Below are positions 19,293 through 27,451 of a stretch of DNA of 53,451 bases, in pieces (within the stretch, counting starts at the first letter, position 1; each line of letters begins with the position of its first letter). The position numbers and the translations under genes were made by a program. The DNA is from an uncultured Eubacteriales bacterium (GTDB taxonomy: Bacteria; Bacillota; Clostridia; Oscillospirales; Oscillospiraceae): contig CASFJB010000003.1 of assembly GCA_949294945.1 (NCBI GenBank), positions 1 to 53,451 of the forward strand, written 5' to 3'. Below the pieces are notes generated by a model, which was given only the letters and a program-made list of their open reading frames with translations, ran no database searches and was not told the origin of the DNA.

Positions 19293-20504
19293 TCAGATTA
19301 TCAGTCCGTATCTGCTGCAGAGGGGCAGCAGCTCCTCTTCCCGAAGGCTTCCTTCGTACATTGCCCGGCCCTGATACAGTCTCAGGGCCTGCTCAAGGAG
19401 CTTGGCATCATCGCAGCAAAGGCAGAGGGGCTTTGAGATCATGAACTGGCAGTCGGCAAAGGCGGAGAGCTCCTCCTTTGACTTGATGGCTATGGCCACC
19501 ATTTCCCCTTCCGTTTCCTCCATAAGCTCCTCTTCCAGCTCCTCGTTGCAGCTGAGTATCCTGCCGTGTTCCGCAGAGGGCTCCAGAAAAAAGACCTCCT
19601 TCTCCGTGGCGCAGGGCAGCTTGTCAGCGTGCAAAGGCGCCGGGGACAGCATCTCCAGCGAGGCGCTGCCCTTGGCAATAGCCTCCACGTGGCCTGCCTC
19701 CGTGCCGCAGCAGCCGCCGAAGATGCAGACCCCCGCCCGGGCCATTCCGGGAATGCAGGCGGAGAACTCCTCCGGCGGGCAGTTGTACACCGTCTCTCCC
19801 TCCACCGTCTCCGGCATGCCGGCGTTGGGCTTTGCCAGCAGCGGTATGCAGGCTATTTCCCTCAGGCGCTCCAGCTGGACCAGCATCTCCTCCGGCCCCA
19901 CGGAACAGTTGAGTCCGAAGGCGTCGGCTCCCATGCCCTGCATTATCTGCAATGCCGCCCTCACATCGCTGCCGGTGAGGGTGCGGCCCTTCTCGTCGCA
20001 GGTGAAGGAGACAAACACCGGCTTTTCGCTGACGCTCTTCACCGCCAGCAGGGCGGCCCTGGCCTCCGCCACCGTCATCATGGTCTCTATGACATAGAGG
20101 TCCACCCCGGCGTTTTCCAAGGCGGCCGCCTGTTCGGTGTATATCTCCACCAGCTCGTCAAAGGATGCCGTGCCCAGGGGATAGAGCATCAGGCCCGTGG
20201 GGGCCAGGTCCCCGGCCACCCAGGCTCTGTCCCCCGCCGCCTTGCGGCTGAGGTTCACCAGGGCCTGGTTATATTCTTCCACCTTGCCGAAAATGCCGTG
20301 CTGCTCCAGCTTCACCCGGTTGGCCCCGAAGGTGGGGGCGTAGATGACCCGGCTGCCCGAGTCCACATAGCTGCGCTGTATCTCCAGTATGGCCTGGGGA
20401 TGGTTCAGCGTCCAGCTCTCGGCGCATTCCTCTCCGGTATAACCCCGCTTCTGCAGCTGGGTCCCGGTAGCCCCGTCCAATATAAGTGGAAAGCTCAGTT
20501 CCAT
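19293..20504 (-). CDS. homocysteine S-methyltransferase-family protein (MetH Hcy-domain-like) with an extra C-terminal ~100 aa
   Basis: ILDGATGTQLQ start and zinc-site GGCCGT. The tail KPLCLCCDDAKLLEQALRLYQGRAMYEG resembles part of a pterin-binding barrel. Confidence 0.8.
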   Translation of the reverse strand: MELSFPLILDGATGTQLQKRGYTGEECAESWTLNHPQAILEIQRSYVDSGSRVIYAPTFGANRVKLEQHGIFGKVEEYNQALVNLSRKAAGDRAWVAGDLAPTGLMLYPLGTASFDELVEIYTEQAAALENAGVDLYVIETMMTVAEARAALLAVKSVSEKPVFVSFTCDEKGRTLTGSDVRAALQIMQGMGADAFGLNCSVGPEEMLVQLERLREIACIPLLAKPNAGMPETVEGETVYNCPPEEFSACIPGMARAGVCIFGGCCGTEAGHVEAIAKGSASLEMLSPAPLHADKLPCATEKEVFFLEPSAEHGRILSCNEELEEELMEETEGEMVAIAIKSKEELSAFADCQFMISKPLCLCCDDAKLLEQALRLYQGRAMYEGSLREEELLPLCSRYGLII

Positions 20505-22045
20505 TCCAGTTCGTCCTCCTTGCTGAATGTCATATGTTCAGGGAAAGCCCGGTTGAAACGGGCATCCCCGGAAAGCTCTATATATCTGCACTTTTCCTGT
20601 ATCCTGTACAGCTCCTCCCGGCTGTCCATATCCAGCAGAGCCATGGCCGCCCCGCCAAGAGCGCTGTTTCCCAGAGCCTCTGCCCTGTCCGCCAGCTCCT
20701 CCGGCAGCATGCCTATGTCCGCCGCAGCCTTCACATCCAGGTGGGAGCCAAAGCCCCCGGCTATATACACCCGGCCAATATCTCCGGAACCTATGCCCAG
20801 CTCCTCCATGAGCACTTCTATCCCGGCGGCCACGGCGGCCTTGGCCAGCTGCAGCTGTCTCACGTCCCCGGCAGTTAGATATACTCTGTCGCTTAGGTAC
20901 AGGCAGCCGTTTCCCCTGTCATCTTCCCTCAGCCAGGGGCTGAGCTCTTCCGGGGCCTCTTCCGGAGGCAGCAGCCAGCCGCCCTCATCTACGGCTCCCA
21001 GCTCCAGCAGCAGGGCCAGCAGGCTGATGAGGCCGGAGCCGCACAGGCCCTTTGCCTCCCCGCCGCCAATGACATCCGTTTCAAAGCCCTTTCCCGTCCA
21101 TCTCACCGCCGTTACGGCCCCGGTCATGCTGGCCATCCCGCAGCTGATCCCGGCCCCCTCAAAGGCCGGGCCTGAGGCTACGGAGCAGGTGACAAAGCCG
21201 GCCCTGCCCCCCAGAGCCATCTCTCCGTTGGTGCCAATGTCCAGGAAAAGGTTCAGCCCTTCTCTGTCCCACAGGCCGGAAGAGAGCAGTCCCGCCATGA
21301 TATCCCCGCCCACATAGGCGGCTGCACAGGGAGCGGCCAAAGCTTTAACGTGTTTTATGTAAACCGGATCTCTCTTGGTGAACAGGCTTACAGGTCTGAA
21401 TGGGGCCACGGCAATACCAGCCGGGGAAAGGCCCATAAAAATGTGCTCCATCACCGTGTTGCCCACCGCGATGAGCTCTTCCAGGCTGTCGTCCTGTCTC
21501 CCTGAGCTGAGCATAAGCTCCCGGACAAGTTCAAAGACCTGGCTCCGTACCCGCTGTTTCAGCAGCTCCAGCCCGTCCTCATGTTCCATGATATACTGGC
21601 AGCGGCTGATGACGTCGGCCCCAAAGGGGCTCTGGCTGTTCCAGGCGCCCAGGCTGCCCAGCTCCAGGCCCTGCTCCAGATCAAAGAGCTTCACCGCCAG
21701 GGTGGTAGTGCCTATATCCACGGCAGCCCCCAGACCGCGGCGCCCGGTCCCGCGCCCGGATTCATGTGTTATGTCAACCTCTCTGCCCTCCCGGCAGATC
21801 TCTCCTGTTCCCCGCTCCGGAAGAAGCACTTCCATGTCCCCATCTATGTTATATCGGCAGGCCAGGACGCTTTCCCTGCCTCTGCCCCGGTCCACAATTA
21901 CCCGGCATTTGCCGCATTTCCCGTTTCCGCCGCAGGGCGCAGGCAGCTCCAGGCCGCCCCGGCGCAGGATTTCCAGAAGATTCTCCCCGTTTTTTGCTTT
22001 AAATTCAAAGTCTCTGTCCCCTTGACGGGCCAAAATCCTTGACAT
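20495..22045 (-). CDS. RACo-like reductive activator of corrinoid proteins (2Fe-2S ferredoxin + ASKHA ATPase, DUF4445 type)
   Basis: N-terminal plant-type ferredoxin CGGNGKCGKCRV. A long ASKHA-like body follows, with DIGTTT and DIGTNGE phosphate motifs. Confidence 0.85.
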   Translation of the reverse strand: MSRILARQGDRDFEFKAKNGENLLEILRRGGLELPAPCGGNGKCGKCRVIVDRGRGRESVLACRYNIDGDMEVLLPERGTGEICREGREVDITHESGRGTGRRGLGAAVDIGTTTLAVKLFDLEQGLELGSLGAWNSQSPFGADVISRCQYIMEHEDGLELLKQRVRSQVFELVRELMLSSGRQDDSLEELIAVGNTVMEHIFMGLSPAGIAVAPFRPVSLFTKRDPVYIKHVKALAAPCAAAYVGGDIMAGLLSSGLWDREGLNLFLDIGTNGEMALGGRAGFVTCSVASGPAFEGAGISCGMASMTGAVTAVRWTGKGFETDVIGGGEAKGLCGSGLISLLALLLELGAVDEGGWLLPPEEAPEELSPWLREDDRGNGCLYLSDRVYLTAGDVRQLQLAKAAVAAGIEVLMEELGIGSGDIGRVYIAGGFGSHLDVKAAADIGMLPEELADRAEALGNSALGGAAMALLDMDSREELYRIQEKCRYIELSGDARFNRAFPEHMTFSKEDELEWN

Positions 22046-22067
22046 ATATTTATCCTTTTCCTATAAT
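22039..22067 (+). promoter_or_regulatory. consensus sigma-A promoter TTGACA-17-TATAAT for the DUF2284/methyltransferase operon
   Basis: TTGACA lies at 22039-22044 and TATAAT at 22062-22067, giving an exact 17-nt spacer. Confidence 0.6.
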
Positions 22068-22070
22068 TAT

Positions 22071-22084
22071 TTAAAGTACTTTAA
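22071..22084. promoter_or_regulatory. 14-bp perfect palindrome TTAAAGTACTTTAA, candidate shared operator
   Basis: It lies immediately downstream of the plus-strand -10. It also lies next to a minus-strand TTGACA-16-TATATC promoter (22116-22111 / 22094-22089). Confidence 0.4.
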
Positions 22085-22140
22085 GTATGATATACAGTAG
22101 CCGGGGCTTTTGTCAAGGAGCATTGTGAAAGGAGCGAGGG

Positions 22141-22677
22141 ATGCCGGATTTTTTTCAGCTGGCCAGGCAAAACGGCTTTGAGCATATCGCTCCCCTTTGC
22201 ATGGAAGCACTGAAGCCTTTGCCTGAGGTGCGGGAAATGTGCGCCTCGGGGCGCTGTCTTAAATACGACCGCTGCTGGAGCTGTCCTCCCGCCTGCGGCA
22301 GCCTGGATGACACGGCCCGGCGCATGGGCCGTTACCGCCGGGGCATCCTGGTCCAGACCGTGGGAGAGCTGGAGGACGAGTTTGACAGCAGGGGCATAGC
22401 TCTGGCCCAGGCCAGGCACAAGTCGGCTTTTTCCAATCTGGCCAGGCAGGCCAGATGCCTGGAGCCGGACTGTCTGCCCCTCACCGCCGGGGCCTGCACC
22501 CTCTGCCATAAGTGCACCTGGCCGGACAGGCCCTGCCGCTTTCCCCAAAAGCGCCTGTCCTCCATGGAGGCCTACGGGCTGCTGGTGAGCGAAGTGTGCC
22601 TGCGCTCCGGGCTGGATTACAACTACGGTCCCGGCACCATTAGTTTCACTTCATGTATTCTGTTTGAAAAGGAGTAA
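22141..22677 (+). CDS. DUF2284-type metal-binding (Cys-rich) protein
   Basis: 178 aa with CASGRCLKYDRCWSCPPACG and CTLCHKCTWPDRPC cysteine clusters. This family recurs next to corrinoid methyltransferase genes. Confidence 0.7.
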   Translation: MPDFFQLARQNGFEHIAPLCMEALKPLPEVREMCASGRCLKYDRCWSCPPACGSLDDTARRMGRYRRGILVQTVGELEDEFDSRGIALAQARHKSAFSNLARQARCLEPDCLPLTAGACTLCHKCTWPDRPCRFPQKRLSSMEAYGLLVSEVCLRSGLDYNYGPGTISFTSCILFEKE

Positions 22678-22684
22678 AAGCGAG

Positions 22685-24400
22685 ATGCAGAGCCCTAAGG
22701 AAATTTTTCTGGAATTACTCAAGCCTGACGGCAGGCCGGAGCGGCAGCTGAAGCAATATGAGGCGCTGCATGTGGTGCTGAACGATCCTGTGAACGGCTA
22801 TCTCCGGGCCGGCCGGGGAAAGGGGCACACCAGTATCGACCGCTGGGGCACCACAATAATGTGGCCGGAGGATGCTCCCGGGCCCATGCCCCACATCACG
22901 CCGGAGACCAAGGTCTGCCCGGATATCACCCGCTGGCGGGAATATGTCCATGCCCCGGATCTGGAGTCCAACTGCACCCAGGGCTGGGAGGACTGTGCCG
23001 CCGCTGCCAGGGCAGCTGCTGGAGATGGCAAGATAATTGCCGGTTTCATGGGCACCGGCATTTTTGAGCAGTGCCATTTTCTCATGGGTTTCGAGGACAC
23101 TCTCACCAATCTTTACGAGCATCCGGAGGAAATGCATCAGCTTATTGATTATATTACGGACTACAGGCTACAATTCGTCAAATTACTTATTGACGGACTG
23201 GCCCCGGATATGATATTCTCCCATGACGACTGGGGCGCAAAGGATTCGCTGTTTATGAAGCCGGAAATGTGGCGGGAATTTTTCAAGGAACCCTACCGGC
23301 GTTTTTACGGCTACATCCGCTCCCGGGGCGTCATAGCCCTGCACCATGCCGACTCCTACCTGGCTCCCATTGTGGAGGACATGGCGGAGATAGGCATACA
23401 GATCTGGCAGGGTGTACTGCCGGATAACGATATCCCCGCTCTTCAGCGCCGGCTGAAGGGGCGCATGGTGCTCATGGGCGGCATAGGCGCCGCCATCGAC
23501 CGTCAGGACGCCTCCGAAGAGGAGATACGCAGCTATGTGGGCGCTGCTCTCAAAGCCTGCTGCCCCGGCGGCCATTTTATCCCCAGCATCACCTACGGTC
23601 TTGCCGGGACCGTATTCCCCCATGTAGACCCCATCATCGATGATGAGATAGACAAATACAACTCGGTGCTCCATATGCCTGCCCTTGACCTTCCCCCGGC
23701 GCCCCGGCGCGTCACGGCTCCTAAGGCCCATGTACAGGCCAAAGCCCAGGAGGATAAGCTTGACGGACTGCTCTCCCAGCTGTCCCAAGCCCTTTGCCGT
23801 GGGCAGAGGAAAAAGGTCCTGGAGCTCTGCCGTCAGGGTCTGGATCAGGGCTTTGAGGCCAGAGAGCTGCTGGAGCAAGGGCTTGTGGCCGGTATGACCA
23901 GGCTTGGCGACGACTTTACCGCAGGCCGGGCCTTTGTGCCGGAGATGCTTATGGCAGCCCGCTGCATGGCGGCGGCCACTGAGCTTTTAAAGCCTGGTCT
24001 TGTAAGCGGCGAAGAGAAAGCCGCAGGCCGGGTCGTTCTGGGCACGGTGAAGGGGGACATGCACGATATAGGCAAGAACCTGGTGAAGATAATGATGGAA
24101 GGCTGCGGCCTGGAGGTCATTGATCTGGGCCTGGACGTGAGTCCCGAGGCCTTTGTTGACACCGCTATCGAAAAAAACTGCGGTATTATAGCCTGCTCTT
24201 CCCTGCTTACCACCACCATGGCGGAAATGCGCCGGGTCGTAAACCTGGCGGTGGAAAAAGGTATCAGGGATAAAATAAAAATCATGGTTGGGGGCGCTCC
24301 CATCACTGAGAGCTTCTGCCAGGAGATCGGCGCTGACGCCTATACCGCCGACGCAGGTCAGGCGGCCAGGGTGGCCGTAAGTCTCCTGCAGGGCGCCTGA
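22685..24400 (+). CDS. URO-D-family (MtaA/CmuA/O-demethylase MT-I-like) methyltransferase fused to a cobalamin-binding domain
   Basis: The N-terminal ~340 aa are URO-D-like. The C-terminal ~215 aa carry a B12-binding cap plus a Rossmann domain with DMHDIGKN (DxHxxG), SSLLTTT and MVGGAP. The ATG at 22685 is preceded by AAAAGGAG. Confidence 0.85.
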   Translation: MQSPKEIFLELLKPDGRPERQLKQYEALHVVLNDPVNGYLRAGRGKGHTSIDRWGTTIMWPEDAPGPMPHITPETKVCPDITRWREYVHAPDLESNCTQGWEDCAAAARAAAGDGKIIAGFMGTGIFEQCHFLMGFEDTLTNLYEHPEEMHQLIDYITDYRLQFVKLLIDGLAPDMIFSHDDWGAKDSLFMKPEMWREFFKEPYRRFYGYIRSRGVIALHHADSYLAPIVEDMAEIGIQIWQGVLPDNDIPALQRRLKGRMVLMGGIGAAIDRQDASEEEIRSYVGAALKACCPGGHFIPSITYGLAGTVFPHVDPIIDDEIDKYNSVLHMPALDLPPAPRRVTAPKAHVQAKAQEDKLDGLLSQLSQALCRGQRKKVLELCRQGLDQGFEARELLEQGLVAGMTRLGDDFTAGRAFVPEMLMAARCMAAATELLKPGLVSGEEKAAGRVVLGTVKGDMHDIGKNLVKIMMEGCGLEVIDLGLDVSPEAFVDTAIEKNCGIIACSSLLTTTMAEMRRVVNLAVEKGIRDKIKIMVGGAPITESFCQEIGADAYTADAGQAARVAVSLLQGA

Positions 24401-24527
24401 ACCCCCGCACCGGCTGAGGCCTGCCATGTCACATCCAATGGAGGCCGTCCGCCGGGATATCTTCTCCGGCTTGCCGGGGAAACCGATGGGTAAAAATGCT
24501 TATCGATATTTGAAAGGAAGGTTTGTT

Positions 24528-26612
24528 ATGGCACGGAAAAAAGTTGATTCAGATGTGAAGAAAACCGCCGTGAAAGAGGCGGCAGCACCGGCTGCGGAAA
24601 AAGAAACCAAGGCCCCTGTCAAGGCTGCACCCGCTGAAAAGGCCGCTCCTGTAGAAAAAAAGACCGAGCCTGTTGTGGAGAAGAAAGCCGCTCCCGCTGA
24701 GAAGAAGGCCGAGCCCGTGGTGGAGAAAAAAGCCGCTCCCGCTGAGAAGAAGGCCGAGCCTGCAAAGAAGAAAGCTGCTCCCGCGAAAAAGAAGGCTGAG
24801 CCTGCCGAAAAGAAGGCTGAGCCTGCCGAGAAGAAGGCCGCTCCCGCAAAGAAGAAAGCCGCTCCCGCGAAAAAGAAGGCTGAGCCTGCCGAAAAGAAGG
24901 CTGAGCCTGCCGAGAAGAAGGCCGCTCCCGCAAAGAAGAAAGCCGCTCCTGCAAAGAAAAAGGCTGAACCCGCAGCAGAAGCCGCTCCCGTTGTAGAAGC
25001 TGCTCCCGTCGTTGAGGCCGCTCCCGTCGTTGAGGCCGCTCCCGTCGTTGAGACCACCCCCGTGGTGGAGGCCGCCCCCGTGGTGGAGGCCGCTCCTGTT
25101 GTTGAAGAAACCCCCGTTGTTGAGGAGGCTGCACCTGTGTTGGATATCTCTACTCTGCCCCGCAGAAGCGTGGCTTTCATCGGTTCCGAGTGTCATCCCT
25201 TTGTCAAGACCGGCGGGCTGGGGGATGTTATGTATGCCCTGCCCCGGGAGCTGGTCAAGCTCAACTGCGACGTGCGCGTGATCCTGCCCCGCTACGCCTG
25301 CATACCCAGGAAGTATCAGGACAAGATGGTTTACCGCGGCGAGTTCTACATGGACCTGGGCGGCACCGGTCGCGACTACTATGTAGGCATAATGGAATAC
25401 GTCTGTGACGGCGTTGTCTACGATTTCATCGACAACCAGGAGTTCTTCACCTCCGGCAATCCCTACACCAATCTTGTGGACGATATTCCCAAGTACTGCT
25501 TCTTCAGCAAGGCCGCCCTGGCTGCTCTCAACTACATGAACTGGATACCCGACATCATCCACTGCCACGACTGGCAGGCCGGTCTTGTCCCCGTGTATCT
25601 GCGTACCCTGTTCAAGGATACCCCTGTGGGCCGTGCCCGGTCTATACTTACCATACATAATCTCCGCTTCCAGGGCATCTTCAATATCCCCACCATAAAG
25701 TACTGGTCCGGTCTGCCCGACTCCGTATTCAACATGGGCGCTCTCCAGCAGGACTACGTCAACGCCAATATGCTCAAGGGCGGCCTGGCCTATGCCGACC
25801 GCATCACCACCGTCAGCGGCACCTACGCCTGGGAGATACAGACCGCCGAATACGGCGAGCGTCTGGAGGATCACCTGCGCTACCACAGCGGCAAGCTGAG
25901 AGGCATAGTCAACGGCATAGACTACGAAATGTGGAACCCTGAGACCGACCCGGCCCTGGCAGAGAATTACGGTCTGGCCAATGTGCTCAACCACAAGATG
26001 GAGAACAAGAAGGCCCTCCAGAGAGAGCTGGGCCTGGTGGAGGACGAAGGCAAGTTCGTCATTGGCCTCATCTCCCGTCTCACCAACCAGAAGGGTCTGG
26101 ATCTGGTGAGCACCATCGTGCCCCAGGTGCTGGACGGCAACACCCAGATCGTTGTCCTGGGTACCGGCGACGCCCAGTATGAGGACAGCTTCCGCTATTA
26201 TGAGGCCACCAACAAGGGCACCTTCAGCGCCTGCATCCAGTATGACGAGGCAAGAGCCCACCGCATTTATGCCGGCGCCGACGCTCTGCTGGTCCCCTCC
26301 CGCTTCGAGCCCTGCGGACTTACCCAGCTCAACGCCATGCACTACGGCACCCTGCCCATCGTCCGGGAGACCGGCGGCTTGAAGGACACCGTGCAGCCCT
26401 ACAATGATTTTACCGGCGAGGGCAACGGCTTTACCTTCGACCGCTACGACGCCGGATTGCTGCTGGATGCCATCAACCGGGCCAAGACCGTTTACTTCAC
26501 CAACCGCTATCACTGGGACGAGATAGTCCAGCGGGATATGGCCAAGGACGTGTCCTGGACCAACTCCGCAAGGCAGTACAAGGACCTGTATCTGGAACTG
26601 ACTCAGTGGTGA
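24528..26612 (+). CDS. glgA: glycogen (starch) synthase with a ~210-aa low-complexity N-terminal extension
   Basis: The GT5 core starts at RSVAFIGSECHPFVKTGGLGDV. The start MARKKVD at 24528 is preceded by AGGAAGG. Confidence 0.92.
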   Translation: MARKKVDSDVKKTAVKEAAAPAAEKETKAPVKAAPAEKAAPVEKKTEPVVEKKAAPAEKKAEPVVEKKAAPAEKKAEPAKKKAAPAKKKAEPAEKKAEPAEKKAAPAKKKAAPAKKKAEPAEKKAEPAEKKAAPAKKKAAPAKKKAEPAAEAAPVVEAAPVVEAAPVVEAAPVVETTPVVEAAPVVEAAPVVEETPVVEEAAPVLDISTLPRRSVAFIGSECHPFVKTGGLGDVMYALPRELVKLNCDVRVILPRYACIPRKYQDKMVYRGEFYMDLGGTGRDYYVGIMEYVCDGVVYDFIDNQEFFTSGNPYTNLVDDIPKYCFFSKAALAALNYMNWIPDIIHCHDWQAGLVPVYLRTLFKDTPVGRARSILTIHNLRFQGIFNIPTIKYWSGLPDSVFNMGALQQDYVNANMLKGGLAYADRITTVSGTYAWEIQTAEYGERLEDHLRYHSGKLRGIVNGIDYEMWNPETDPALAENYGLANVLNHKMENKKALQRELGLVEDEGKFVIGLISRLTNQKGLDLVSTIVPQVLDGNTQIVVLGTGDAQYEDSFRYYEATNKGTFSACIQYDEARAHRIYAGADALLVPSRFEPCGLTQLNAMHYGTLPIVRETGGLKDTVQPYNDFTGEGNGFTFDRYDAGLLLDAINRAKTVYFTNRYHWDEIVQRDMAKDVSWTNSARQYKDLYLELTQW
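24782..24949 (+). repeat. perfect 84-bp tandem duplication (2 copies) inside the glgA 5' extension
   Basis: 24782-24865 and 24866-24949 are identical base for base. Each encodes a 28-aa AKKKAEPAEKKAEPAEKKAAPAKKKAAP-type unit. Confidence 0.95.
24981..25124 (+). repeat. eight tandem 18-nt units encoding (A/T/E)(A/T)PVVE
   Basis: GCCGCTCCCGTCGTTGAG-like units translate to AAPVVE x8, with TTPVVE and ETPVVE variants. Confidence 0.9.
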
Positions 26613-26648
26613 TTTACCTCCGCTAAAAACCAATTTAACGTATTTTTT

Positions 26649-26677
26649 AAGTCCGGCAACCAGTGGTTGCCGGACTT
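26649..26677 (+). terminator. stem-loop after glgA (weak U-tract)
   Basis: 13-bp stem AAGTCCGGCAACC / GGTTGCCGGACTT with loop AGT. Only TTAAACTATTT follows it. Confidence 0.4.
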
Positions 26678-26758
26678 AAACTATTTCTTGCTTGCAATGC
26701 AACCGCCGCTTATGCTAATATCTGCACATCAGCAAAGGAAGAGAAAGGCGGTATATAC

Positions 26759-27382
26759 ATGAATCTATCCGAAAGAATACAGGAGCTGAGGAAGGCCAGG
26801 GGCCTGTCTCAGGAGGAGCTGGCGGAGGCCCTGGGCGTATCCCGGCAGGCAGTCTCCAAATGGGAGAGCGGCCAGAGCAGCCCCGACCTGGACAAGATAG
26901 TCCAGCTCAGCGAATATTTCGGCGTCAGCACCGACCATCTGCTGAAAGGGGCGGAGCTGCTTCCGGCAGACACCGAAGGGCTGAACACGGCCTTCATCTT
27001 TAACGCAGTGGCAACGGCCTTTGACCTGCTGTCCATCGTACTGTCCGCTCTTATCTGGTACGAGACTCAAGAGGCCGGAGCCCTGATAGCCGGATTGGTA
27101 TTTCTGATCTTCGGTCTTATGCTCCATGTCATAGGCTCCCGCTGGTCCAAGGGCAGAGACGGGCGAGTCCTCAAGCTCCGGTTCTGGAAGATAAATATCT
27201 GGCCGGTCCTTTTTCTGCCAATGTCCCTGGGCTACAATATCCTGGCCCTGGGCTGGCCTGCCCCCTACCCGCTGATGGCAATGAACCGTCTGGTCTCCTA
27301 TGCTCTCTTCTGGCTGCTGTACCTGGCTTCCGGCATGGCGGTGACTTTGAGCTGCGTCAAAGCGGAGCGGGCCATGAAATAA
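26759..27382 (+). CDS. XRE-family HTH regulator with C-terminal transmembrane segments
   Basis: [42 protein letters not shown] is an HTH_3 domain. About 4 hydrophobic helices follow. Confidence 0.85.
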   Translation: MNLSERIQELRKARGLSQEELAEALGVSRQAVSKWESGQSSPDLDKIVQLSEYFGVSTDHLLKGAELLPADTEGLNTAFIFNAVATAFDLLSIVLSALIWYETQEAGALIAGLVFLIFGLMLHVIGSRWSKGRDGRVLKLRFWKINIWPVLFLPMSLGYNILALGWPAPYPLMAMNRLVSYALFWLLYLASGMAVTLSCVKAERAMK

Positions 27383-27393
27383 GGCCGCATATG

Positions 27394-27433
27394 AAAATCC
27401 CGCCGCACCTATTTTCGGTGCGGCGGGATTTTT
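27394..27433. terminator. bidirectional intrinsic terminator
   Basis: 16-bp stem AAAATCCCGCCGCACC / GGTGCGGCGGGATTTT with loop TATTTTC, between convergent genes. Confidence 0.85.
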
Positions 27434-27451
27434 ATTCAAAGCGAATGGATA

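Noticed and set aside
24500-26633. Minus-strand ORFs of 694, 226 and 171 aa overlapping glgA. The repeat region was also considered as a possible CRISPR-like or non-coding array.
   Set aside because: The repeats are in frame with glgA on the plus strand. Their periods are 18, 45 and 84 nt, all multiples of 3, and there are no unique spacers. The antisense ORFs are artefacts of the repetitive GC-rich sequence.
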